Of a stretch of DNA of 64,000 bases, positions 39,625-49,736 are shown one piece after another. The stretch comes from an uncultured Methylomirabilota bacterium (GTDB lineage: Bacteria > Methylomirabilota > Methylomirabilia > Methylomirabilales > 2-02-FULL-66-22): contig OY970067.1 of NCBI GenBank assembly GCA_963705305.1, positions 480,001 to 544,000 on the forward strand, given 5' to 3'. Position 1 is the stretch's first letter. Each line of letters opens with the position of its first letter. Under the pieces are notes generated by a model. The model made no database searches, had not been told where the DNA came from, and saw only the letters and a list, made by a program, of their open reading frames with translations. A program made the position numbers and the translations under genes.

Positions 39625-40641
39625 TCATTCAAATTCTAATCCCCCCAAAAGACGCTGCTGCTTTTCAATCTCATACAAGAGTGCAATGAAGATAGCGTAT
39701 GGGTGAAGGAGAGTAGTCAAGGAAGCTTTAGCCTCGATATCCTCACGAAAATACTTGGCCCGATTCGTGTCGATCGTCAAAATCCCAATGATCCTCCGAT
39801 CAGGATCCAGTCTCGGCTTCCCCCTGATAATGGGGTAGCTGAACATAGACTTAAAGTTCGCCGCTTGCCCCGCGTAAAGCTCCATCCACCGCCTGGTGCT
39901 GGGTGGCTCCTTTTTCATCTCTGCTGGAACGTCCTGGATAACTTCCAACTGTTCCTGTCTGAATGCAAGAATCGCCGTCGCTCTAGGATGATCCTCCTCC
40001 TTAATATATTCAGAACCAGGGCTTGGATACATCGCTGGGGGGTAGTAGAAGTTTGTTCGCTTAAGCACAACGTGTCCGCCAGTCTCCGATACTGGCTCAT
40101 AGAAGGTGCTCTTGAAGTAATTGTGCCTGCTCCTCATCTCTCCTGTTGCAGGTGGGTCAGCCGCGAATGTATCAGATAATTTACCCATCAGTCGCCTGAC
40201 AAGCAAATTGACATCTAGCCCTCGATCAGGAGAAGAGGATAGTTCCGCCTTCGTATCCGTCCGTGCCTCTAAACCGGAGTTTGTAGCATGGACGGCTGCC
40301 AAGCTGTCTTTTATCACATCAACGAGACCGTCCAATGCTCGCGACAGTAACATGTACTCTCGTTGTGCTTCGGCTAATTCGCGTTGAGTCTTCTCATGCT
40401 CATATGCCTGCTTCCAAGTCCTTGCTTCTCCTCTTTGAGCCTTCAGCCCTTCATATAGAACTGGGAGGCCGAATAATAGGAGTACATAGCCTGAGACAAA
40501 CACCGCCCAGACGGGCTTCGAAATATCCTGCTCATGAAAAAGATATTCGCCGGCCACTCCTAGGAAAGTAAAGATTCCAAGTATGAACGCTCGCCCACCT
40601 GCCCTTAGAAGCAGAGTAGATTCCAGACTTATCATTGACAC
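39625..40641 (-). CDS. 2TM plus coiled-coil protein with putative GAF-like C-terminal domain
   Basis: Two hydrophobic helices, coiled coil, KSMFSYPI...IIGILTIDTN; low GC. Confidence 0.7.
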   Translation of the reverse strand: MSMISLESTLLLRAGGRAFILGIFTFLGVAGEYLFHEQDISKPVWAVFVSGYVLLLFGLPVLYEGLKAQRGEARTWKQAYEHEKTQRELAEAQREYMLLSRALDGLVDVIKDSLAAVHATNSGLEARTDTKAELSSSPDRGLDVNLLVRRLMGKLSDTFAADPPATGEMRSRHNYFKSTFYEPVSETGGHVVLKRTNFYYPPAMYPSPGSEYIKEEDHPRATAILAFRQEQLEVIQDVPAEMKKEPPSTRRWMELYAGQAANFKSMFSYPIIRGKPRLDPDRRIIGILTIDTNRAKYFREDIEAKASLTTLLHPYAIFIALLYEIEKQQRLLGGLEFE

Positions 40642-40654
40642 AACCTCCGTCCAT

Positions 40655-41833
40655 TCACCGGATTTTCGCCAGAAGCTCCTCTTTCTCCTCGGCGGGCAAG
40701 AATGCTGCAGTAACCGCGTTCATCGTGACTGCATGTATATCCTGTTTACTAAAGCCAAAATGCTGGACTAGAATGGTGAATTCCTTTGACAGGGTGGTAT
40801 TGCATACAGAAGGATCATCTGTGTTGACTGTCACCACTATGCCGGCATCGTACAGTGTACGAACTGGATGCGACGAAATACTTTGCACAGCGGAAGTCAA
40901 AATATTCGACGTAGGACATAACTCCAGAGGAATCTTCTTCTCTCGAAGAGTACTCATGAGCTCCGGACTCCGAACGGCTGAGAGTCCGTGCCCGATCCTA
41001 TCCGCGGCAATCACTTCAATGGCTTCCTTGATATTTTCCGGTCCAGAGAACTCCCCTGCATGAATTGTCACTGGAAAACCCAGCTGCTTAACCTGGTGAA
41101 AGAAGTCAGCAAACAGCCGCGGCGGATGCCTCTTTTCCTTCCCAGCTAAGTCGAAGCCGACAATGCAATCCTTCTTCATATGCATGACATGGTTCAACAG
41201 CCTCCCGTAGTAGTGCCGTCGCGTAACCTCCGGCACGTACGGAAGATAGTGCCTGGTTAGACTAAGCACCATGCGAACCTTAATCGGCAAGTTGTCCTCG
41301 GCTCGACTGATCCCCATTTCGACGCCCTTGGTGAACTCCTCCAAAGACAAACCCCCATTCAGAACCCCAAAGGGGGACTGCCGGAATTCGACATATAAGA
41401 CGTTGTCTCTTGACGCGTCCTCCGCCGCCTCATAGATGACCCTGGCAATCACTTCTGCATCGACAAATAAATGATTGAGAATGTCTCTCCACGGCCGGAA
41501 AAATTCGGCTAAGCCATTGACGGGCTTGTCAACCTGCATGTAGGTCGTCAGCTGTGTTAGGTTTTCTGCAGGCAATCTTATATTACGTTCCCTAGCGATT
41601 TCTAATACACTTGTAGGGCGAATCGCGCCTGTAAGGTGTCGGTGAAGATCAATTTTGGGAAGGCTCCTCACTTCATCCTCAGAAATCAGGCGCCTCCCGA
41701 AGTTTAGTTGGGGCTGACTATTGTGATTCCGCATACGTTCAAAAACCACTAGGGGTAGCTCTCTGATCGGATGGAGTTTTTCCCTGGGTCGTGGCCATCC
41801 CACGTCAGAGGAGTTAAGCCCATTCTCACTCAC
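40655..41833 (-). CDS. Adenosine deaminase-family amidohydrolase (start uncertain)
   Basis: DLHRHLTG, GFDLAG.E, TIHAGE, RIGHG, ELCPTSN, VNTDDP. Confidence 0.9.
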   Translation of the reverse strand: MSENGLNSSDVGWPRPREKLHPIRELPLVVFERMRNHNSQPQLNFGRRLISEDEVRSLPKIDLHRHLTGAIRPTSVLEIARERNIRLPAENLTQLTTYMQVDKPVNGLAEFFRPWRDILNHLFVDAEVIARVIYEAAEDASRDNVLYVEFRQSPFGVLNGGLSLEEFTKGVEMGISRAEDNLPIKVRMVLSLTRHYLPYVPEVTRRHYYGRLLNHVMHMKKDCIVGFDLAGKEKRHPPRLFADFFHQVKQLGFPVTIHAGEFSGPENIKEAIEVIAADRIGHGLSAVRSPELMSTLREKKIPLELCPTSNILTSAVQSISSHPVRTLYDAGIVVTVNTDDPSVCNTTLSKEFTILVQHFGFSKQDIHAVTMNAVTAAFLPAEEKEELLAKIR

Positions 41834-42654
41834 TTAGAGCAGTCATTACACCTGGGTGCGCTCGATTGTAACCGTAGCTTGGTGGTCACTCTTGATTGCA
41901 GCGACGATGGGAAACGCTCGGTCGATCCAGCTGGGGGAACAGCGATATACGAGGTTCGTTGGTCGGTAGACGAGAAAGGGCTGGAACGTAGGAGCTGCTG
42001 ATTTTCAGGGAGGTGAAACCAGAATAACTCCGCGTCGCCCATGGGTGGCATCTCCCCGGCTTCTCTCGAGGGAAGAAGCCAAACCTCTCGGTTCGGGTCA
42101 AAGCATAGGCATAAGAATATCGAGATCTGCCGGTCTGTCAAGCCGAAAGTTCAGGTCTACCCCGAATCTGTTGCAGCTTCGAATTGGGACCTCGTGATAG
42201 GTTGCGGGAGTCCGACTTCTTTGGACACTTTCCCGAGTCTGTCGCAGGAGCCGCACGGGACTGTTCCGGTTCTAGGCCGCCGGAGGCGATTGGGCGCCCC
42301 GAAGGCACGATTCGAGAGTGCCGGGGGGCCTTCCTGTCCTCCCGACGATCCGAGCAATCGATTCCGCGTAAACTGCTTGGTGTAACGGGGGCAATTTGCT
42401 CAAACACTTCTTCGAAAGGAACCTCTTGCCTCAATCGAATTTCCATTGCGGGCATCTCACCTTTCATGCTACAAGCTCTCCCATTTTCTCCTTAATACAG
42501 CGGCGCTACGTTTTGTCCCTCCTCCTCGTCATTCTAAGCGTCTTCTCTCATGTCTTTGATTCCGCTGGCTGGCACTTGAGCGGTCCGGGAAGTGCCGCGT
42601 CTTATCACTGGAACTGGCACTGGTTTCCTTCCTTTCGGAGGCGGCCTGCTAGCG

Positions 42655-42880
42655 GCATATTAAGTGCCACCGCCACCGCATCGAACATGTTCTCGTGGTG
42701 CGCCTGTTTCCATTTCCGGTCCTGCGTCAGATAGACCTTGAGCTCCGGGTACCTGGCCACCACGGCCTTCGCCACGTCGGCCTTGCTCGCGTGGCCGTTG
42801 CCGGTGATGTGTTTCTTGACCCTGCTCGGATTTGGGCTGACGACCTGAAGGCCCTTGCATCGTCCCAGGGTCCGAATCTC
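42655..42880 (-). pseudogene. RuvC-like resolvase relic
   Basis: PSRVKKHITGNGHASKADVAKAV..RYPEL...MFDAVAVAL read on the minus strand; N-terminus lost. Confidence 0.6.
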
Positions 42881-43087
42881 ACCGTTTGAACTCCCAGGCC
42901 GAATCTTACTCTTGCGCTGGCTCCTAGGCCCATGCTATAAGCTCCGTGGCGCCGCTTTACAAAGCGACGCTACCCCCCCTGGTTTTCCACACCCCCCGTC
43001 CCGGCATTGACAGTTTTCGAATCATCCCCTATGCTGAAGGTGGTCAACTAATTGATTGATTAGTCATCTCTCCCCGGAGGGAAGACC

Positions 43088-43393
43088 ATGCCCAAAGCGG
43101 CCAGTGCACCCATGACCAAGAATCTTCCTGCCTTCATCGCCCGGACCCAGTTCGGGCAAATCCTGGAGCGGGTCTCCCAACGGGGGGACCGCTTTGTGGT
43201 GACCAAGAAGGGCGAAGCCAAGGCCGTCATCCTCGGCGTCGAGGACTTCCTGCGGTCCGTGGTCAAGACCCCGAAGTCCCTCGCCGCGCTCCAGGCGCAG
43301 GCGAAAAAGCGCGGGAGCGACCGCCTCACCCTTGAGGAGATCGAGGCCGAGATCGCCGAAGTTCGCCGGGCCAAGACCGCCGCCAAAGCATGA
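43088..43393 (+). CDS. Phd/YefM antitoxin
   Basis: ARTQFGQILERV...FVVTKKGEAKAVIL; upstream TTGACA-17-TATGCT and ACTAAT-N6-ATTAGT palindrome. Confidence 0.85.
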   Translation: MPKAASAPMTKNLPAFIARTQFGQILERVSQRGDRFVVTKKGEAKAVILGVEDFLRSVVKTPKSLAALQAQAKKRGSDRLTLEEIEAEIAEVRRAKTAAKA

Positions 43394-43800
43394 CCCTCCG
43401 GGTGGTCTATGATACCAACGTGATCGTCTCGGCTGCCCTCAAGCCCGGCAGCTTGCCCGCCTCACTCGTCAGCCTGGCCATGACCAGACGAGTGAGGCTT
43501 TTTGTTTCTCTGGCGATTCTCGACGAGTACGCGGCCGTCCTCAGACGGCCTAAATTTCGCCTCGACCCCATACGGATTGACGCCTTCCTGCGGGATCTCC
43601 ACAAAGCCGCCGTCACTGTCCGCCCCTCAGAACGGGTGCGCGAGGCGCCCGACGAGGCCGACAATCGCTTCCTGGAGTGCGCCCTCGCGGCTCAGGCTGA
43701 CTACCTCGTGACCGGCAATAAGAAACACTTCCCGCGGCCGGCCTTTGAACGGACGAAGGTTGTGAGCCCCGCCGAGTTCGCCTTGCTCGTGGTTCGGTAG
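43390..43800 (+). CDS. PIN-domain toxin
   Basis: VVYDTNVIVS, DEADNRFLECA, LVTGNKKHF. Confidence 0.9.
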   Translation: MTLRVVYDTNVIVSAALKPGSLPASLVSLAMTRRVRLFVSLAILDEYAAVLRRPKFRLDPIRIDAFLRDLHKAAVTVRPSERVREAPDEADNRFLECALAAQADYLVTGNKKHFPRPAFERTKVVSPAEFALLVVR

Positions 43801-43844
43801 GAGACCTCCGCTCATCCGGCCCTCGGAGCAACCCCCGGCCGCCC

Positions 43845-44609
43845 TTAATCTGACTGCCCCCACAGCTCGAGGCTTTTATTCTGCCCCCTGGCCTCGCCGT
43901 AGCGGAAGACCCCGTCCTGATAGAACCGCGCGCGGCCCAGAATCGCCGCCACCTGCCGCTGGGTCCAGGGTTTCCCGTTCCGCCGCGCCCACCCCGTCTC
44001 GGTCAGGATCTGCGCGATACGCGGGCCACTCTGGCCCCGGCCGGCGAGCGTAAAGATCGTGCGAACGATCTCCGCCTCCGTGGGGTCCACCTCCAGCCCG
44101 TTCCCGTTCCGCCGGTACCCGTAGGGGGTATTGCCTCCCGGTGGGAGCCCGCGGCGTACCCGCTCCTGGCGGCCCTTCCAGAGCCGCTCGATGATCTCCT
44201 TCCGGTTCTCCTCGGCGATGGCGCCCCGGATCTGCCGGATGAGCACGTCCTTCCGGTCTTTCCCGTTGTAGTTCGGCATGTCGGCGATGAGGATGTCCAC
44301 GCCTAACCGTTCGAATTCATAGAACAGGTTCTCGGCCAGCCGGAGATCCCGCGAGAGCCGGTCCAGGGAGGGGAGGACCACCGCCCCGATCCGGCCCCGC
44401 TGGCAGTCCCGGAGGAGCCGCCGGAGGCCCGGCCGATTCTCCGCGATCCCGCTCTCGGCCTCGTCCTTGTAGAACCGCTCAATGAAGATCCCCTGCCGCT
44501 CGGCAAAGAGGGTCACGTCCCGGATCTGGATATCGATGCCGTAGCCCCGCCGCTTCTGCTCCAGGGTGGAGACGCGGCAGTAGGCCACCGTGTGCTTTTT
44601 CCGCTCCAT
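43845..44609 (-). CDS. Serine recombinase (resolvase plus recombinase domain, short)
   Basis: AYCRVSTLEQ, ESG...RPGL, LDRLSRD, PYGY. Confidence 0.9.
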   Translation of the reverse strand: MERKKHTVAYCRVSTLEQKRRGYGIDIQIRDVTLFAERQGIFIERFYKDEAESGIAENRPGLRRLLRDCQRGRIGAVVLPSLDRLSRDLRLAENLFYEFERLGVDILIADMPNYNGKDRKDVLIRQIRGAIAEENRKEIIERLWKGRQERVRRGLPPGGNTPYGYRRNGNGLEVDPTEAEIVRTIFTLAGRGQSGPRIAQILTETGWARRNGKPWTQRQVAAILGRARFYQDGVFRYGEARGQNKSLELWGQSD

Positions 44610-44761
44610 GCCTCCTCAGAATCATGTTTCGACCTGGCCTAGCGCCTCTTTGTAAAGCGGCGCTCGACCCGCTTCTCACTCTGCCAGAGGCAGCAGGCAT
44701 GTCAAGTCCGCGGGACCTAGGACCGGAACGGGAACCTCATTCCTCAAGGAGGGCATGTGTC

Positions 44762-45502
44762 ATGAACCTTCGCGTAGTCCTCGTCGGCGCACTCATGGTG
44801 GTGGTGATGATCATCCTGCCGGCTCCCGCCCGGTGTCAAGTCCGGCCGTGGGATGTGTCCCTGGGTGCTTTCGTGGGCGGCGCCCTGCCCTTCGATACCG
44901 ACGTCAAAAGCAGCGGCCAGACCCGGGGCCTCCCGTTCTCGTTCACGGCGAAAGATCTCACTCTGAAGGACTCGGTCTCCTTCGGCGGGAAGCTCACCGG
45001 CTGGTGGACGGGCCTGCGCCCCCGGACCCATCTGGATTTCGGGGCGGGGCTGGATATCACCCGGTTCTACCCGGACATCAAGGCGCAGACGGCCTCCATT
45101 TCGGGGACCATCGGCGGCCTCCCCGTGTCGGGCGTGAGCGCCCCCTGGCCCAAGGTGGGGGTGAGCAGCACGCTCGTCGGGCTCAACGCCCTGGTCCGGT
45201 GGCCCCTGGGGGTCACGCCTGAACTGCCGAATGGCCGATGGTACCCCTACCTTGGCCTGGGCGGGGGGGCGGACATTGCCCGGGCCACCCTGGAGGGGAG
45301 CAGTGACACGGATACCGCCGCCGCACTGCAGGTCCTGGGTGGGGTCACGCTCTTTCTGACCCGGCACCTGGCCCTGTTTGCGGAGTACAAGTTCACCCAC
45401 GCGAGCCACTCCTTCGCGTTCAGCGGCCCGGGCTACCAGGAGACGGACAAGGGTACGGGGGACGTGAATCATCTCGTGGGCGGCCTGGCCTGGCACTTCT
45501 GA
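44762..45502 (+). CDS. Outer-membrane beta-barrel protein
   Basis: Signal peptide, PYLGLGGG, LFAEYKF, terminal WHF. Confidence 0.8.
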   Translation: MNLRVVLVGALMVVVMIILPAPARCQVRPWDVSLGAFVGGALPFDTDVKSSGQTRGLPFSFTAKDLTLKDSVSFGGKLTGWWTGLRPRTHLDFGAGLDITRFYPDIKAQTASISGTIGGLPVSGVSAPWPKVGVSSTLVGLNALVRWPLGVTPELPNGRWYPYLGLGGGADIARATLEGSSDTDTAAALQVLGGVTLFLTRHLALFAEYKFTHASHSFAFSGPGYQETDKGTGDVNHLVGGLAWHF

Positions 45503-45538
45503 GAGAAGGGCCGGGGTTGCGGCCTAGGAGGAAGGACG

Positions 45539-45958
45539 ATGCGAACGCTTCTGCTCGTGGTCGTGCTGCTAACGGGGGTCCTGCGCATCGGGGGCATCGC
45601 CGCCGCGCAAACAGCGGGAGGCACGACGGCGCCCCCGCCCCTGGCCGGGGTCTGGAAGGGCACCGCCGCCGGGGGGAGCGCCCTCCAGAACGTCGTGCTG
45701 ACCATCACGGAGACGGGGCAGGTCTCCTACGGGGTGGACGCGGCCTGGGCGCCTCAGATTGCGCTCAACGGCGCGGCCGAGGCCACCGTGGTCGCGCTGA
45801 CGGCCGACACCCTGGTCTTCACGTACCTGTCGCAGCTGCCGAACGGCTCCACGAACACCATTCGGGTGGAGCTGCACCTCGTGGCCGGGCAGCTCGTCGG
45901 CAAACGGGCGGGCGGGGGCGAGGCGCCGCGGTACCTCACCCTGACGCGCACTCCCTGA
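45539..45958 (+). CDS. Secreted hypothetical protein
   Basis: Signal peptide, LAGVWKG, AGGAGG RBS. Confidence 0.7.
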   Translation: MRTLLLVVVLLTGVLRIGGIAAAQTAGGTTAPPPLAGVWKGTAAGGSALQNVVLTITETGQVSYGVDAAWAPQIALNGAAEATVVALTADTLVFTYLSQLPNGSTNTIRVELHLVAGQLVGKRAGGGEAPRYLTLTRTP

Positions 45959-46004
45959 GGGGGCGCCGGGCTCGCCGCGCCACCCGCGGCACGGAGGGAC
46001 AGCA

Positions 46005-46508
46005 ATGAGACCATGCAGGGGCCGATTGTGGCTCATCACCAGCGTGGCGCTGGTCCTGGCAGGCTGTGCGTCCAGCGGGGTCCTGACCGGCGCCGTCCCG
46101 CCCGCCGGGGGCCTGGGCCGGTTCAAGACGGTCTCCGTCACGGTCGAGTCCCGGCTCGCCGACACCCAGGAGGAGGCGACACGGTTGCAGGCGCTGATCG
46201 TCGCGGGCTTGCAGAAACCGGGACGCTGGCAGGTGGCCGATCAGAACCCGGACCTCGTGCTGACGGCCACCCTGACCGATGTCTATAAAGTCCCGCGGGC
46301 CGCCCGGCTCATCGGGGGCGCGCTGGCCGGTCAGGCCTCCGTCGACGCGGACGTGGTGCTCCGGGACGCGCACGGCGCCGAGGTGAGCCGCTTCCACGTG
46401 ACCGGGAAATCCTCCGGCGGGACGATCTTCGCGGGGACCACGGACCAAGCCCTGGCGCGGGCGGCGGAGCAGGTGGTCGCGTTCATCGAACAGAACGGCG
46501 GCGCGTAA
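46005..46508 (+). CDS. Lipoprotein, DUF4410-like
   Basis: LAGC lipobox; RAARLIGGALAG...V.L.D. Confidence 0.7.
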   Translation: MRPCRGRLWLITSVALVLAGCASSGVLTGAVPPAGGLGRFKTVSVTVESRLADTQEEATRLQALIVAGLQKPGRWQVADQNPDLVLTATLTDVYKVPRAARLIGGALAGQASVDADVVLRDAHGAEVSRFHVTGKSSGGTIFAGTTDQALARAAEQVVAFIEQNGGA

Positions 46509-46633
46509 GCCGCGTTCGGATGTAGGAAAACTTTGCCACCCGCACGGGGGGGAGGGAGCGCGGAGGAACGTCGTTGCCGGGCAGGACTCTCGGGGAGCTG
46601 TTTATGCGGGGAGCCGGATCGAAGGAAGGCACG

Positions 46634-47980
46634 GTGAACGCTGGAGAGGACAGGCGACGGTTTCCCCGGTGTGCGCGGGTCGGGCCCCCGACAGAACGGG
46701 GAGACGCGGGGGCCAGTCAGCCGCTGCTGATCAACGTGAGCCCCGGCGGGGTGTGTCTGTGGGTGCGCGAGCCGCCCCCCACGGGCCGGCCGTACACGCT
46801 GCATTGGCAGCGGGAGGGGCGGGAGACCGTGGTCCCGCTCCAGCTCGTCTGGCTGCGGCCGTGCCGGCCGGTGCGGGGCACAGAGCCCGACCAGGCCCCC
46901 CAGGGGTGGCTCGCCGGCTTTGCCGTCGCGCCGGCCCCGCCCGGGGCCCCGCGTTCCACGCATCCGCCGGATCTCCCGGTGAGCGGGCCGCTGGAGGTCG
47001 TGTCCCCCGTCGAGCCCGACCGTCCCGCGTCGCCCAACGAGGCGTCCGTTGCGGGGACATACATGATATTCCCCGAGGCGGCCGTCCCCGCGATCCGCGC
47101 GGTGGCGGAGAGTCTCCTCCCTATCCTGGCGCGCCATTTTACGGAGGCCCGCCTGGTCCTCACCCGGGACCGCCTGGAAATTGTGGCCCCCTTTCGGCCG
47201 CTGGCGGAAGGGAGGAGACCCCAGGACCGGGGGCCGGGTCGGCGAGTCCTCCCGGCGGGGACCGAGACCCTCCGCGTGGCCCCCCCGGAGGCGGCCCAGC
47301 CCGCGGCGGCCGGTCGCCTCGCCCGAGCCCGGGGGCGAGGCCGCCCTGGGCGCGTGCTCCTGGCGTCGGCGGGGCTGCTGGCCGTGGTGCTGCTGGCCTG
47401 GCAGATGCTTCCCCCTCTCCGGCAGAGCGATCCGGCCCCCGTCGCCGCGACGGGCGTCCGGCCCCTCCACCGGGCCCTGCCTCCGTGGGCCGCACCCCTG
47501 GCGCCCTCGTCGCCGGAGACGGTGGACCAGTGGAGGGACATCCAGGGCGCGTTCGGCTTGCCCAACGCCCTGATGGCCCCGCTGCTGCGGGTGCTGCAGG
47601 CCAATGATCGATATCCCTCCAGCCACATGCTCCACGATCTGACGGCGTACCCCATGGAGGTGGGACGGGCCTTTCGCATTGTGGCGGGGGCCGGCGCCAC
47701 GGGGCGTCCGGCGCTCGGCCCCCTCACCAAGGACCTGGGGATGCGCCTGGTGACCGGCGCCCGGTTCCCAGACGAACCCGCGGGCGACCGGCATTTGCTC
47801 CTGGACGCGAAGCTGGACGAGAATGCCGTGGTCTTGGCGATTCTTGAGCTGTTGTCGCGGCGGCACGACGACCCGGCGGTGCAGCAGGTCCTCACCGCCC
47901 TCCGGGGCCCGTCGCCCTCTCCCCCGCAGCCGAGGGGCCGTGGGGACCCTGGAGACGCAGCCGACCCCACGCAGCATTAA
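46634..47980 (+). CDS. PilZ-like domain membrane protein
   Basis: DRRRFPR...INVSPGG (RxxxR and NxSxxG); one TM. Confidence 0.6.
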   Translation: MNAGEDRRRFPRCARVGPPTERGDAGASQPLLINVSPGGVCLWVREPPPTGRPYTLHWQREGRETVVPLQLVWLRPCRPVRGTEPDQAPQGWLAGFAVAPAPPGAPRSTHPPDLPVSGPLEVVSPVEPDRPASPNEASVAGTYMIFPEAAVPAIRAVAESLLPILARHFTEARLVLTRDRLEIVAPFRPLAEGRRPQDRGPGRRVLPAGTETLRVAPPEAAQPAAAGRLARARGRGRPGRVLLASAGLLAVVLLAWQMLPPLRQSDPAPVAATGVRPLHRALPPWAAPLAPSSPETVDQWRDIQGAFGLPNALMAPLLRVLQANDRYPSSHMLHDLTAYPMEVGRAFRIVAGAGATGRPALGPLTKDLGMRLVTGARFPDEPAGDRHLLLDAKLDENAVVLAILELLSRRHDDPAVQQVLTALRGPSPSPPQPRGRGDPGDAADPTQH

Positions 47981-48209
47981 TCATGGACACTCACGCGTTC
48001 ATCGAACAGAACAGCGGCGCGTACGCGTCGGAGGATCGGGATCGCCCCCCGACGGGCGGATGCAGGCCCGCATCTCCGGGGGTCCGGCCATCGGGGAGTC
48101 CCTGAACCAGATCGCCGCCGTGCGGACCGCGATGTCGTACGGGGGACTCTTCCTGAGACGTGCCTGGGGAGCACGGGGCTCAGACGAACGAGCACGGGAG
48201 GATGCCATC

Positions 48210-48386
48210 GTGGCAGAGCTGCTTGTTGTTGGTCTCTGTGTCCCCCTGATCTCCGGCCTCCTCGCCGCGAGGATCGCGGGCGGCGAGGGGCGGAACCCGA
48301 CCCTGTGGTTCGTCATCGGCGCGATCATCCCTATCGTGGCGGTGGCCATCACGTACCTCGTCGCACGAAGAGGAAGGACATCATGA
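48210..48386 (+). CDS. Small 2TM protein
   Basis: IA...GRNPTLWFVIG; coupled to the next gene. Confidence 0.5.
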   Translation: MAELLVVGLCVPLISGLLAARIAGGEGRNPTLWFVIGAIIPIVAVAITYLVARRGRTS

Positions 48387-49489
48387 ACCGCGTCGTGAAG
48401 ATTTCCGCGTGGACCCTGGCAGCCCTCGCGCTGTCGTGGGTTGTCATCCGGTTCGGCGACTTGCTCTTCGGCTGGGCGCTGTACGGCTGGTTCTTCCGCC
48501 GGATCCAAGGCGTGGGCGTGCTCCCCAACGCCCTCGCCTCGGCCGCCGCCGTCTGGTGCGTCGCCGCGGTCATCATCGCGGGACCGACGGCGTTGCTCTC
48601 CCTGTTCGCCTTCGGCGCACGGCGGCACCGAGCGGTCCTCGCCATCGCGGGCGCCGTGTCGCTCTGGATCGTGTCGCTCTACCTCCTCGCCGGGCTGCGC
48701 CCGGCCGACTACTTCTTCAACCCGGAGAGCGGAGAGACGAACTACTCCTATGGCACGGACCCGACCGGCGCCATCGCGCTCTTCCCGAAGGAGTACCGCT
48801 TCAACCCGCTGACCGGTGCGAAGCTGGCGCCTCTCGATGCCGCCACCGGTGAGGCATACCGCAGGCAACAGGGCGTTCGGGAAGCACAACTGAAGCAGGC
48901 CGAGGTGCTTCGCCAGGAACAAGCCCAGCTCGCGACCGCCCAGGCGGAACTCCACCGGCAGCAAGCGGCGCTCCGCGACCAGCAGGACACGCTTGCCCAA
49001 CGGGAACGGGCGGTTGCCGCGAGAGCCGAGGAGGAAAAAACACGCGCCGGCACGCCCGCCCCGCACACCACAATTCCCGCGACCCCCTCGGAACCATCGG
49101 ACCGCGTGGGGCCCGCCCTCGAGGTGACGCCACCGACGACCATCACCTTCAACCCTGGGGTTGTGTGTCGGGGAGACGAGCGGAAAACCCTGAACTACGC
49201 CGTCGACATCGACAAAGAAACCATCGTCGTTCCTCTGACGGAGGGGTGCTACGGGCCGCTCGTGATCCTCCCGGATACGAATCGCTGGCGGCCCTACTGG
49301 AAGTTTCGGAATGCCACCACGGCGGCAGGATGGGTCGCATTCTTGTCGTCACAGAAAGAGACCGATCCGATCGGCCTGCCCACGAAAAATCCAGGGAGGC
49401 TCTCGACGGGATTCGGCATGGGGTGGTATGGGATCTACGCCTTTCGAGTCCAGGGCCACGGGACCGTGCGCCTGGAAGTCAACAACTAG
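48383..49489 (+). CDS. Membrane protein with coiled coil
   Basis: 3 TM, FNPLTGAKL, Gln/Ala coiled coil. Confidence 0.7.
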   Translation: MNRVVKISAWTLAALALSWVVIRFGDLLFGWALYGWFFRRIQGVGVLPNALASAAAVWCVAAVIIAGPTALLSLFAFGARRHRAVLAIAGAVSLWIVSLYLLAGLRPADYFFNPESGETNYSYGTDPTGAIALFPKEYRFNPLTGAKLAPLDAATGEAYRRQQGVREAQLKQAEVLRQEQAQLATAQAELHRQQAALRDQQDTLAQRERAVAARAEEEKTRAGTPAPHTTIPATPSEPSDRVGPALEVTPPTTITFNPGVVCRGDERKTLNYAVDIDKETIVVPLTEGCYGPLVILPDTNRWRPYWKFRNATTAAGWVAFLSSQKETDPIGLPTKNPGRLSTGFGMGWYGIYAFRVQGHGTVRLEVNN

Positions 49490-49736
49490 CCCGGCAGCGA
49501 AACCCAGGGCGCGTTTCACTGGAACAAGGATGAAAAAACCCTCCTGGGGAGACGGGGGGTTGCGTGGCGACGCGCCCCACACCATCTGTGCCGGAGGCTT
49601 GTCTCTTGCATGCGAGTCGGCGCAAACCGCCCAGAGGCAACTGTGCTGGCACGTTGTGCCGGCGTTCGTGAGGTGGTGGCCTTGTACGCGGGGGCGCAGT
49701 AGGACCACGCCAGGATCCTCTGCGTCGTTCGCTTTG

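Noticed and set aside
40655..41833. RADAR system
   Set aside because: No RdrA ATPase, and the protein is far shorter than RdrB
41830..42467. Two small ORFs with 4-bp overlaps upstream of the deaminase
   Set aside because: Overlaps depend on alternative starts and no motifs are recognisable; possibly a decayed gene
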